Shown: positions 17,799-26,742 of the stretch, one piece after another
Layout of the letters: each line of letters opens with the position of its first letter
Numbering within the stretch: the first letter of the stretch is position 1
Assembly (NCBI GenBank): GCA_043817485.1
Contig: JBDRGX010000078.1
Span: 1-41,062 of the forward strand
Reading direction: 5' to 3'
DNA: 41,062 nt
Origin: a bacterium
GTDB lineage: Bacteria > JBDRGX01
Translations under genes and position numbers: made by a program
The notes under the pieces: model-generated
Seen by the model: only the letters and a program-made list of their open reading frames with translations
Database searches by the model: none
What the model was told of the DNA's origin: nothing

Positions 17799-18467
17799 TT
17801 ATTTAATTTCCATTGCTATTTCATAAATTTTTTCTACAACTTCATCAATACTCATATTAGTAGTATCAATAACTATAGCATCTTTTGCTATTTTCAGAGG
17901 ACCATCTTTTCTTATTTTATCTCTTTCATCTCTTATTTTAATTTCTTCTTTTAACTTTTCTATATTTACCTTTTCTCCTCTTGCAAAAAAATCCTTAAAT
18001 CTTCTTTGAGTTCTTTCTTCTAAAGAAGCATCAAGATAAATTTTAATTTCTGCTTGCGGAAATACTACTGTGGTAATATCTCTTCCTTCAGCCACTACTC
18101 CACCCAATTTTCCTATTTTTTGTTGTTGATTAACTAAAATATCTCTTATTTCTTTTACTTGAGCAATATAAAACGCATTTTTAGTAATTTCTTGACTTCG
18201 AATTTCATAAGTAACATCTTTTTCATTTAAAAATACTTTTAATTCATTATTTTCCATTTTAAATTCAATATTGCTTTTAATACTAAGTTTTATTAAAGAA
18301 GCAACATCTTCTAAATTTATATTTTCAGATATTGCTTTTAAAGTAATTGCCCGATACATTGCTCCAGTATCAAGATACATATATTTTAATTTTAAAGCTA
18401 ATTTTTTAGCAATAATGCTTTTTCCACTTCCAGCAGGTCCATCAATAGCAATAATTAGTTTTTTCAT
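17799..18467 (-). CDS. cmk: cytidylate kinase
   Basis: IAIDGPAGSGKSIIAKKLALKL.Y.YLDTGAMYRA is the N-terminus characteristic of Cmk. 222 aa. Overlaps the aroA stop by 4 nt. Confidence 0.95.
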   Translation of the reverse strand: MKKLIIAIDGPAGSGKSIIAKKLALKLKYMYLDTGAMYRAITLKAISENINLEDVASLIKLSIKSNIEFKMENNELKVFLNEKDVTYEIRSQEITKNAFYIAQVKEIRDILVNQQQKIGKLGGVVAEGRDITTVVFPQAEIKIYLDASLEERTQRRFKDFFARGEKVNIEKLKEEIKIRDERDKIRKDGPLKIAKDAIVIDTTNMSIDEVVEKIYEIAMEIK

Positions 18468-19750
18468 CTTACACTCACTTTTTCTAATATTTCTAAAAAA
18501 TTAGGACAAGAAATTTCAATACATTCTGGATCAATAAGTTTTATTTCTTTTTGTGCTTTTAATCCAGCAATAATCATTGACATTGCAATTCTATGATCTT
18601 TAAAACTATCTACTACAACATTCACTTTTATTATTTCTTGAGGATGTATAATCATTCCATCAGAAAATTCTTCTACTTCTATTCCTAATTTTTTTAAATT
18701 AGTACTTATAGATTTAATTCTATCTGTTTCTTTTACTCTTAATTCTTCAGCACCTTTAATTACAGTACTTTTTTGAGAAAAAATAGCAGCTATTGATAAA
18801 ATTGGAATTTCATCAATTAAAGATGGTACTAATTTCTCATCTATAGAAAATCCATCTAATTCACAAGAATGTATTTCAATATCAGCAATAAGTTCTTCAT
18901 TTAAAATTCTTTGATTGAAAAGATTTATTTTAGCTCCAGATTTTTGCAATATTTTTATAATCCCCATTCGAGTAGGATTAATTCCTACATTTTCAATAAT
19001 TAAATGAGACCCTTCTAAAATCGAAGCTGCAATAATAAAAAATGCAGCAGTAGAAATATCTCCAGGAACTATTATTTCATTAGATTTTAATATATTATTT
19101 CCTTGTAAAGAAATTGTATTTTCATTAATTGTAATATTTGCTCCAAAAGATTTTAGCATTTTTTCTGTATGATCTCTTGATTTTATTGGTTCTGAATAAG
19201 TTGTTATTCCTTCTGCCCTTAATCCAGCTAATAAAACACAAGATTTTATTTGAGCACTTGAAATAGAAGATTGATAAGAAATTGCTTTCAAATCTTTTCC
19301 TTTAATAGCTAATGGTAAAAAATTATTTTCTCTTGCCCAAATATTTGCTCCCATTAAAATAAGAGGTTCTATAATTCGTTTCATTGGTCTTTGTTTTAAA
19401 GAATCATCTCCCGTAAAAACAGAAAAAAAATTATAAGAAGACAAAATTCCACTTAAAAGCCGAATTGTTGTTCCAGAATTTTCAGCATCTAAAATATCTT
19501 GAGATTCTTTTAATAATCCATTGTTTTCAATAACTAATTCATCATTTTCAATAAATTCTATTTTTGAGCCCAATTTTTGCATACATTTTACTGTTGACAA
19601 ACAATCTTTTGCTTGTGAAAAATTTTTAATTCTTGTTTTACCATCAGCAATTGATCCCAATAATACAGCACGATGAGAAATAGATTTATCACCAGAAAGA
19701 GAAAAACTTCCTTCTAATCTTTTAATTTTTTTAATTGTAATTTGAGCCAT
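18464..19750 (-). CDS. aroA: 3-phosphoshikimate 1-carboxyvinyltransferase (EPSP synthase)
   Basis: GDKSISHRAVLLGSIADGKTRIKNF, LKQRPMKRIIEPL and DHRIAMSM motifs. The ORF extends to 19771, but the ATG at 19750 follows an AAAGGA RBS and avoids overlapping comEA. Confidence 0.95.
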   Translation of the reverse strand: MAQITIKKIKRLEGSFSLSGDKSISHRAVLLGSIADGKTRIKNFSQAKDCLSTVKCMQKLGSKIEFIENDELVIENNGLLKESQDILDAENSGTTIRLLSGILSSYNFFSVFTGDDSLKQRPMKRIIEPLILMGANIWARENNFLPLAIKGKDLKAISYQSSISSAQIKSCVLLAGLRAEGITTYSEPIKSRDHTEKMLKSFGANITINENTISLQGNNILKSNEIIVPGDISTAAFFIIAASILEGSHLIIENVGINPTRMGIIKILQKSGAKINLFNQRILNEELIADIEIHSCELDGFSIDEKLVPSLIDEIPILSIAAIFSQKSTVIKGAEELRVKETDRIKSISTNLKKLGIEVEEFSDGMIIHPQEIIKVNVVVDSFKDHRIAMSMIIAGLKAQKEIKLIDPECIEISCPNFLEILEKVSVR

Positions 19751-19761
19751 TTGTTCCTTTC

Positions 19762-20160
19762 TTACTTGCAAATAATAAAATTTTTAAGTTTTTCAAATGT
19801 TTTTTTTCCAATTCCTTTAATTTTCATTATTTCATCAATAGATTTAAACCCTTTGTGAGTTTCTCTATATTCAATAATTCGCTTTGCTTTTTTATCTCCA
19901 ATACAAGGAAGCATTTTTAATTCTTCTACAGATGCTTGATTGATATTTATTTTTTTAGATTCTTCTTTTTGAAAATTTGCTTTTCCTGTTTTTTCATTTT
20001 CTGAATTTTCTATTTTAGTTTCAACTTGTCTTATTTTTGTTTCTATTTCAACATCACTTAAACAAGTTCTTGCAATTAAAAAAATAACTGATAAAAATAC
20101 AATCACGCCAAAACAAAAAATTACATTTCTTTCTTCATTATTAAAAAGTTGCTTGATCAA
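19762..20160 (-). CDS. comEA: ComEA-like helix-hairpin-helix DNA-binding protein
   Basis: N-terminal TM helix, then INQASVEELKMLPCIGDKKAKRIIEYRETHKGFKSIDEIMKIKGIGKKTFEKLK, a ComEA HhH domain. Confidence 0.8.
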   Translation of the reverse strand: MIKQLFNNEERNVIFCFGVIVFLSVIFLIARTCLSDVEIETKIRQVETKIENSENEKTGKANFQKEESKKININQASVEELKMLPCIGDKKAKRIIEYRETHKGFKSIDEIMKIKGIGKKTFEKLKNFIICK

Positions 20161-21970
20161 TTCTTGTTACTCCAAATTGACTTCCTATCCAAATATATTT
20201 TACATCATTTGTTAAAGAAAAAATTTCATCATCAAGCAAGCCCTGTTCTTTTGTTATTTTTTTCCATTTTGTGTTTTTCAAATTATGAATTCGCAAGCCC
20301 TTATTTGTTCCAATATATAAATAATCTCCTTGTTTTAAAAATGAAAAAATAATATCTTTAGAATAATATTTTTTTATTTTTTTGGTAAGAATAAAATACT
20401 TAAAAATTCCATTTTGTGTTCCAATCCAAAGAAAATCTTTTGTAGCAATTATTTGATTTATTTTAACTTTCTTTTTATCAAAAATTTCTTTCCATTTTTT
20501 ATCTTTTTTTTCATAAGCATAAATTTTTCCGTTATTATCGCTTACAAAAACAGTATTTTCATTTTTAGATAACGAAACAATTTCTTTATTTTTAAAAAAA
20601 GTTTGAGTTTTTTCTGTTGTTTTATCTAATAAACTTAATCCATAATAAGTGCCTATCCAAAGAAAATTTTCATCAGATAAAAGAGAAATAATATCATTTG
20701 CTATTAATCCTTGTTCTGTAGTAAATTTTTGCCAAGTATCTTTATTTTTATCATACTTTCTTAAACCTTTCCATGTTCCAAACCAAACATAAGCTTCATC
20801 ATCTATAATTATTTTTGTATTAGGAATTGGATAAAATTTATAAGTTTTTTCTTCAAAATTGTATTTATTTGCTCCAAAAATTTGATAATCAAATCCCATC
20901 CAAATATCTTTTCCAGTATTTACTAATGTTTTAATATAGTTATTTACTAATCCACCATAAAAAAGTTGCCATTTCCCATTCTTTTCATCAAATCTACCTA
21001 TTCCTTTTTCATAAGTTCCACACCAAATATAATTATCATCACAAGATATAGATTCAATAATAGTTTTTTTATCATAAGTAGTAATAAAATACGGATTATT
21101 AAATTTTAGCCAAATATCTAAATCTTGAGAATATTTACAAATTCCTTTTTCTGTTCCTACCCAAATATCATTTTTTTTAATAACAATAGAATAACTTGAA
21201 TCATGAGAAAGTCCATCTTTAGTAGTAAATTTTTGCCAAGTATTTTTATCTGAATCAAATTTATAAACACCATTTTTACTTGCTAACCAAATTTTATTAT
21301 CGCAAATTGCCATATTATAAAAAATATTAAAATTATCTTCGCTTTGATAATTAATTATTTCTTTTGTAATTAAATTATAGCAAGATAAAATTCCTTTTTG
21401 AGAACCCAACCAAATTTTATCTTTATAAAATTTTACACAATGAACATAATTATCTTTTAAACCATTAGTTTCATCAAAAGTTTTAAATTCATTTTTATTT
21501 TTATCATAAAAACAAAAGCCCTTGCCATTAGTACCAATACCTACATATTTTTCATTATAATCAATTGACCAAATTTGATTAGAAGGTAATCCATCTGCAA
21601 TAGTAAAATTTTTCCATTGTTTATTTAAAGTATCATATTTACTTACACCACCCCAAGTACCACACCAAATAATGTTATTATCAATAGCAATAGATTGAAC
21701 ATTATTTTCTACTAAACCTTCAAAACTTGTATAAGTATACCAAATTTCTTTATCTTTGCAATAACGCCTTAATCCTTTATTAGTTCCAAACCAAATATTG
21801 TTTTCACTTGTTTTAATATCATAAAAATGTTTTACTTTTGTTAAAGATAAATAATTAGAAGAAATTGGAGATTTGTTTTTAGAAGTAATAGATGTGACAT
21901 AGATGCAAATAACTAATATTAAAAACATAAATACTAATTTTAAAATCAGAAATATTTGTTTTTTTTTCAT
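20141..21970 (-). CDS. membrane-anchored beta-propeller protein made of two-component-regulator-propeller (Reg_prop) repeats, with no output domain
   Basis: 609 aa. After the N-terminal TM helix there are more than 10 repeats of the form (I/L)W.GT..GL..Y......W..FT..DGL. Confidence 0.7.
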   Translation of the reverse strand: MKKKQIFLILKLVFMFLILVICIYVTSITSKNKSPISSNYLSLTKVKHFYDIKTSENNIWFGTNKGLRRYCKDKEIWYTYTSFEGLVENNVQSIAIDNNIIWCGTWGGVSKYDTLNKQWKNFTIADGLPSNQIWSIDYNEKYVGIGTNGKGFCFYDKNKNEFKTFDETNGLKDNYVHCVKFYKDKIWLGSQKGILSCYNLITKEIINYQSEDNFNIFYNMAICDNKIWLASKNGVYKFDSDKNTWQKFTTKDGLSHDSSYSIVIKKNDIWVGTEKGICKYSQDLDIWLKFNNPYFITTYDKKTIIESISCDDNYIWCGTYEKGIGRFDEKNGKWQLFYGGLVNNYIKTLVNTGKDIWMGFDYQIFGANKYNFEEKTYKFYPIPNTKIIIDDEAYVWFGTWKGLRKYDKNKDTWQKFTTEQGLIANDIISLLSDENFLWIGTYYGLSLLDKTTEKTQTFFKNKEIVSLSKNENTVFVSDNNGKIYAYEKKDKKWKEIFDKKKVKINQIIATKDFLWIGTQNGIFKYFILTKKIKKYYSKDIIFSFLKQGDYLYIGTNKGLRIHNLKNTKWKKITKEQGLLDDEIFSLTNDVKYIWIGSQFGVTRIDQATF

Positions 21971-22023
21971 AGATTTTTTTTTAAAAAGTAATTTTTAAAT
22001 TATAGGCTTTATCTTAAAATTTT

Positions 22024-23178
22024 TTATGCAATTTTTTCTTTTAATTTTTTATTTGAAATAAATTTAAAAATTCCTATTTCTAAAATTGTTGCAATTCCTA
22101 AAATAACAAAACATAAAAAATAAGGTGCTTTTAATCCCCAGTAATAAACAAAAATACCACCTAATAAAGGGCCTAATGAACCAGATATTCCAACTATTGC
22201 TTCATGGATACCAACTTTTTGACTACGATTTTCTATATCATTAGCACTATGAAAAATGCTCAAAAAATAAGTAAAACTTTTTAAAACACCTAAAGCTAAA
22301 AATACACTAGCCCATAAATAAATATTATTACTTAAAGTTATTCCTAATAATCCTAAACATATAATACTTTGTAATGTAAAAAATGGCCAAAATTTAGATT
22401 TCCAAAAAGTTTTTTTTGTTAAAATAAAAAACATAATACACTGAGACAAAGAAATAAAACTAATTATTGTACTTATTGCAATAACATCAATATTTAAAGA
22501 ATAAGCCAATTTAGGAAAATGACAAATTATCATAGCTCCAATAAAATTTAATATCCAAACTAAATACAAAAACAAATTATCTACATCCCATATATTTTTT
22601 TTATTATTTATTGATTTTTTTTCTATTTGATAATTTTGATAATGATGTTTTAAACAAGGTTCTTTTGAAATAACAATCATATTAATTATAGATAAAATAC
22701 TGATAACAACAAAAGGCAACCAATTATATATTTTATAAAAAAACCCATTGATAAATGAACCTATGGCAAGTGCTGAACACCAAGAAATATTATATATTCC
22801 TATTGTTTTAGTTAATTTTTTTGGTTCAACTTTATGTGAAAGCCAAGACAATAAAGGTGTCCAAAATATTCCCCATGATATTGCAGAAAAACATCCTAAT
22901 AAAAAAATTTGATTAAGAGATTTAGCCATAATTATAAAAAAATATATTATAGCAATTAAAATACAATTCATTAAAATTAACTTTTTTTGACTTATTGTAT
23001 TACATAAATTACCTGCTATTATTGCTATTATAGCATATAAAAAAGCCCATATTGCAGCAAATAATCCTAAAAAAAATGATGTTATTTGAAATTTATCAAT
23101 AAGATACAATGGCAATGCTACAGAGAATATTCCAACACATAAAGCACCTAAAAAAGCTGCTAAATAAAATGAAAGCAT
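22024..23178 (-). CDS. MFS-type transporter
   Basis: 384 aa, almost entirely hydrophobic with ~12 predicted TM helices arranged 6+6 around a charged central loop (KHHYQNYQIEKKSINNKKN). Confidence 0.65.
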   Translation of the reverse strand: MLSFYLAAFLGALCVGIFSVALPLYLIDKFQITSFFLGLFAAIWAFLYAIIAIIAGNLCNTISQKKLILMNCILIAIIYFFIIMAKSLNQIFLLGCFSAISWGIFWTPLLSWLSHKVEPKKLTKTIGIYNISWCSALAIGSFINGFFYKIYNWLPFVVISILSIINMIVISKEPCLKHHYQNYQIEKKSINNKKNIWDVDNLFLYLVWILNFIGAMIICHFPKLAYSLNIDVIAISTIISFISLSQCIMFFILTKKTFWKSKFWPFFTLQSIICLGLLGITLSNNIYLWASVFLALGVLKSFTYFLSIFHSANDIENRSQKVGIHEAIVGISGSLGPLLGGIFVYYWGLKAPYFLCFVILGIATILEIGIFKFISNKKLKEKIA

Positions 23179-23186
23179 TTTTTATT

Positions 23187-23825
23187 TTACCTTTCTATTA
23201 CCATTGCCCTACAAGGACTAGCGCTTACCCCTTTTAATTTCAAAGGAAAAACAATTAAATCAACTCTTTGTTTTTTTATTTTATCTAAATTAATTAAAGG
23301 TGAAAGAATTAAAACATTACTATCAAAAAGTTTTTTTAAAAATATCATATAAGATGCTTCAAATTTATCAAAAGAAGTCATATCACTACCTAAAAGAGAA
23401 ATTTTTTTTGAAAGTAAATAATCAATACACTCTTCCGTAAAATAAGGACTTTCTGAAACAAATTCTTTTTTCTTCCAATAACTACTCCAACCAGTATTAA
23501 GTAAAACAGCATCTCCTTTTTTAATTGTAATTCCTTTTATTTCTTTTAATTCTATTTGTTCTTTCGGCTTTTTCTTTTTTACTTTTATTATGACTGCTTT
23601 TTTAAATAATTCTTTTGGAACAATTTCATCTATAGTCCGATATCCTTCAATCATATGAGCCCCTGTTTCTAAATAAGTTCCAGAAATAGCACTCAAAATA
23701 AGATTATGAGAAACCCAACCTTCTTTTTTAATAGAGCCGATTTCTTCAAAATTCACCTTTGATAAAGGATTTCCTAAATGCCACATATTTGACTCAATTA
23801 CACCCGTTATATCAATAATTTGCAT
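23187..23825 (-). CDS. cyclase-family protein (kynurenine-formamidase-like fold) with a degenerate metal-binding motif
   Basis: Layout IIDITG...W...; GDAVLLNTGWSSYW; LLGSDMTS.D; PLKLKGVSASPCRAMV matches the putative cyclase family. The usual H.GTH.D.P.H block reads YLETGAHMIEGY. Confidence 0.65.
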   Translation of the reverse strand: MQIIDITGVIESNMWHLGNPLSKVNFEEIGSIKKEGWVSHNLILSAISGTYLETGAHMIEGYRTIDEIVPKELFKKAVIIKVKKKKPKEQIELKEIKGITIKKGDAVLLNTGWSSYWKKKEFVSESPYFTEECIDYLLSKKISLLGSDMTSFDKFEASYMIFLKKLFDSNVLILSPLINLDKIKKQRVDLIVFPLKLKGVSASPCRAMVIER

Positions 23826-23828
23826 TAT

Positions 23829-25082
23829 TTACTCCAAAGAAACATCAATAATTGTAGGAACATATTCATCTATTTTAAAACCATCTTTATATTCTATTTT
23901 TCCTAATATTTTTGCGTCAATCTCATTTTCATTTTCCTCTAAACTTGGAATTTCAAGAGTAATTGCTTTTATTAAACAATCTCCTGAAGAATAATTTTGC
24001 CATCTATAAAAAGAATTACTATGAAGTGCGTAAAGTGGTCTTGAAGCATCAACATAAGTAGGATCTAATTTTATTTTTAATGTTCCATTTTTTAAAAATT
24101 TTTTAGGAACAAAATACTTATATTTTTCTTGAGGTCTTCTATAAGCACCACCAGGAATAAATACACCACCCCATTCCCATTTTCCCAAAGGATCTTTTGT
24201 CCAAAAAGGCGAATGAATTCTATCTTCTCTTGAAATTTGAAATTTTATATCTGCTTCTACCTTTCCTTCGGGATTAAAAAACCAAATAGGTGAATGTATT
24301 TTCCCTTCTAAATCTTTTACATAAATACCTACCTGATAATAATCATCCAAAAGTTCAGACAAACTTTCCTTAATTACTTTATTTTTTTGAAATACAAATC
24401 TTTCAGGTTTAATATTATATGATTTTAATTCATTCCCAATTATGTTAGACACATTAGTATAATCTTGAATATCCGTACCATATAAATGAAAACCAACTAT
24501 ATTAGAACTATTTATAGATCTTTCCATTATTTCTTTAAACATTAATAAAGACATTGGGTCATGATAATTTGTTTCTTCAATAATAAATTTAAATAAAGGA
24601 CCATTCATATTCTCTTGATACATTTCCATATTTTGATTACAATTTATCCAAGGTAATTGATATTTTTCACAAGTAACAAGAGATTGCAATTCTATGTCTG
24701 GTAATATTTTTTGCAAAGTTTCATTAAAATAATTACTTGGTCTTTCTACTAATATTCCATCAATTCCATATTTTTTAACATATTCATAAGTTTTAGGAAT
24801 TATCATCCAAAGAGCTTCATCATTACAAATATAAATCAAAACTTTTAAACCATATTTATGAGCAAGATTAACAAATGGCAAAAGATCTAATTGAGTTAAA
24901 TTAAATATCACCATATTAAAACCATTAGGTAAAATTATTTCTTCAAGTAATTTTTTGAATTCTACAAATAGTTTGTCTGTTTCTACATTATTTTTTTTCA
25001 TAGATAATTGCCAAAATCGAATAAAAAATCCTACTTCTTTTAATGTTCCTTTATAATTTTTATTTTCATCTATATATAACAT
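23829..25082 (-). CDS. hypothetical protein
   Basis: 417-aa ORF, long and uninterrupted in AT-rich DNA, 3 nt upstream of the cyclase-family gene. No family recognised. The N-terminal half has an alternating beta/alpha feel. Confidence 0.5.
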   Translation of the reverse strand: MLYIDENKNYKGTLKEVGFFIRFWQLSMKKNNVETDKLFVEFKKLLEEIILPNGFNMVIFNLTQLDLLPFVNLAHKYGLKVLIYICNDEALWMIIPKTYEYVKKYGIDGILVERPSNYFNETLQKILPDIELQSLVTCEKYQLPWINCNQNMEMYQENMNGPLFKFIIEETNYHDPMSLLMFKEIMERSINSSNIVGFHLYGTDIQDYTNVSNIIGNELKSYNIKPERFVFQKNKVIKESLSELLDDYYQVGIYVKDLEGKIHSPIWFFNPEGKVEADIKFQISREDRIHSPFWTKDPLGKWEWGGVFIPGGAYRRPQEKYKYFVPKKFLKNGTLKIKLDPTYVDASRPLYALHSNSFYRWQNYSSGDCLIKAITLEIPSLEENENEIDAKILGKIEYKDGFKIDEYVPTIIDVSLE

Positions 25083-25244
25083 AATTTTTTTCCTAATTTT
25101 AAATGAATTTTATTAAAATAAAAAAATATATTAAAGTTTATATAAAGTCAAGTTTTTCAGTGTTTATTGTTTAATAAAAAAATCTAAATTAAAAAACAAT
25201 TTCTTAATATTTAATAAATAATGCTACCATCTTTATATATCATT

Positions 25245-25475
25245 GCTTCAAAATGTAATTACAAATTAATATGCCAGAACCTTTTTTTTCACTTCCTTTT
25301 CTAATAAAATCATTGACAAATTTCTTTTTATAAGTATAATTTCATTTTTCTTTATTTTGACGGTTTGAAATAAATCTCCCCAGCCATTTATGGCAGAGTA
25401 TCTTTTCTGCAAGGAAAATATATTATTATTGTGCCAATTCATCCCTGTTTCAAGAAACGTGGTATTTTTGGCACT
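25245..25475 (-). pseudogene. degenerate 3' fragment of an IS481-family element (transposase C-terminal remnant plus one IS end)
   Basis: GCTTCAAAATGTAATTACAAATTAATATGCCAGAACC...TTCACTTCCTTTTCTAATAAAATCAT aligns with the left end of the intact IS at 38461 (GCTTCAAGATGTGGTTACAAATTAACATTCCAAAACC...TTCACTTCTTCTCCTAATAAAATCAT). Weaker homology continues for ~230 bp. The 81-aa ORF at 25266..25511 is its decayed reading frame. The right boundary is uncertain. Confidence 0.55.
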
Positions 25476-25499
25476 CCCAGATAAAAAGGAGCAAAATAG

Positions 25500-26210
25500 A
25501 TGAATGAACAAATAAAATTAATTATATCTTTGCAAAGCATTGATACTAATATAGCAAATTTTAACACAAAAAAAAATGAAATTGAAAAAATTATTGATGA
25601 ACAACTTCAAAAAACAAATAAAAGCAAAAATTATTATGATGAAACCAAAAAAAAATTTTTTGAATTAGAAAAAGAAAAACATCATAAAGAAGTAGAAGTA
25701 AAATCATTAGAAGAAGAAATAAAAAAAATTCTAAAGCAATTATCTGACATAAAAACTAATAAAGAATATTCTGCATTACAACAAGAAATAAACCATAGAA
25801 AAGAAAAAAAAGAAAATTTAGAAACAGAAATAATTTTATGTTTTGATAAAGAAGATTTTTTAAAAAAAGAAACAAATGATTCCAAAAAAAAATTAGAAGA
25901 AGAAATAAAAAAAATTGAAAAAAACAAAAATGAATTAGAAGAAAAAATAAAAGAAATTGAAAAAAATATTATAAAAGAACAAGAAAATAAAAAAAATTTT
26001 GCTTTAAAAGTAGAAAAAAATCTTTTTAATAGATATGAAACAATTATCAATAATCCTAACAAAAATAGCTTGGCTATAACTATTATCAAAGAAGGTTTTT
26101 GTCAAGGATGTTTTGTTTTTTTACCTCCACAAAAAATAAATGAAATAAAAACAAATAAAAATATTATTTCTTGTGAATCTTGTGGAAGATTTTTATATTA
26201 TGATGAATAA
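25500..26210 (+). CDS. COG1579-type coiled-coil protein with a C-terminal C4 zinc ribbon
   Basis: Long Lys/Glu coiled coil containing the conserved NKEYSALQQEI block, then CQGC...x...CESCGRFLY. AAGGAG RBS 9 nt upstream of the ATG. Confidence 0.8.
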   Translation: MNEQIKLIISLQSIDTNIANFNTKKNEIEKIIDEQLQKTNKSKNYYDETKKKFFELEKEKHHKEVEVKSLEEEIKKILKQLSDIKTNKEYSALQQEINHRKEKKENLETEIILCFDKEDFLKKETNDSKKKLEEEIKKIEKNKNELEEKIKEIEKNIIKEQENKKNFALKVEKNLFNRYETIINNPNKNSLAITIIKEGFCQGCFVFLPPQKINEIKTNKNIISCESCGRFLYYDE

Positions 26211-26218
26211 ATATATAT

Positions 26219-26712
26219 AAAGGTAAGTCAGATGGTCGCAAAAGCATTTATACCAAATTGCATTCAAAATGATAATAAAATGGATAGAAGAAAACAACGG
26301 AAAAGAATTAAAAATTCCACCCCCTACCCCCGCCAGCAGGGGACAAAAGAAATTAAAAATTAGTTAGATAAAAATCTGGCGATGAAATTAACACAATTAG
26401 CATTTGAATACGATTTGGTATTTAGCTTTTGAGGAAAGTCCGAGCTTCATAGGTCAAGATGCCTGTTGTTAAAACAGGTAAAGGTAACTTTAAGGAAAGT
26501 GTCACAGAAAATATACCGCCTTGTTTTTTAACAAGGTAAGGGTGAAAAGGCGAGGTAAAAGCTCACCGCTAATGTAGGTAACTATATTAGCAGACAAACC
26601 CCATCTGAAGCAAGATCAAATAAAAAACTATAAGGCTGACCCCCTTGTTTTTGGGTAGATCGCTTAGATAAATGACCATCAAATACAGAACTCGGCTTAT
26701 GACTTACCTTTT
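26219..26712 (+). ncRNA. rnpB: RNase P RNA, bacterial type A, with an abnormally long P3
   Basis: Universal P4 halves GAGGAAAGUCCGAGC and ACAGAACUCGGCUUA. GGUAAGGGUGAAAAGG and AGCAAGAUCAAAUA-type conserved blocks. P1 AAGGUAAGUCA pairs with UGACUUACCUU. P2 GAUGGUC pairs with GACCAUC. Confidence 0.9.
26249..26422. mobile_element. MITE-like element, family A (TIR ATACCAAGTCGTATTCAAATG), located inside rnpB helix P3
   Basis: The left arm TATACCAAATTGCATTCAAAATG and right arm CATTTGAATACGATTTGGTAT are inverted repeats. The same terminal sequence recurs at 32382..32463 (both ends) and at 29263..29284 (one end). Confidence 0.65.
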
Positions 26713-26742
26713 AATAATTATAAAAAAATAGGGCAAATAAAA

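Noticed and set aside
46-20352. Short plus-strand ORFs from the six-frame track at 46..339, 1131..1469, 8011..8265, 9512..9829, 11900..12142, 12364..12612, 14850..15044, 18271..18504 and 20149..20352.
   Set aside because: Each lies fully or largely antisense within, or straddles, a long and well-supported minus-strand gene. Their products are low-complexity Phe/Ile/Leu/Ser-rich strings, as expected from the reverse complement of Lys/Glu/Asn-rich AT-rich coding DNA. They are shadow ORFs.
25682-26089. A 135-aa minus-strand ORF opposite the COG1579 zinc-ribbon gene.
   Set aside because: It is antisense to a gene with clear family motifs and an RBS. Its product is Phe/Ser/Ile low-complexity sequence.
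26318-26345. The GC-rich core (CCACCCCCTACCCCCGCCAGCAGGGGAC) of the rnpB insert considered as a separate small gene or riboswitch.
   Set aside because: It is too short, has no ORF, matches no recognisable riboswitch core, and lies within the inverted-repeat element. It is treated as part of that element.
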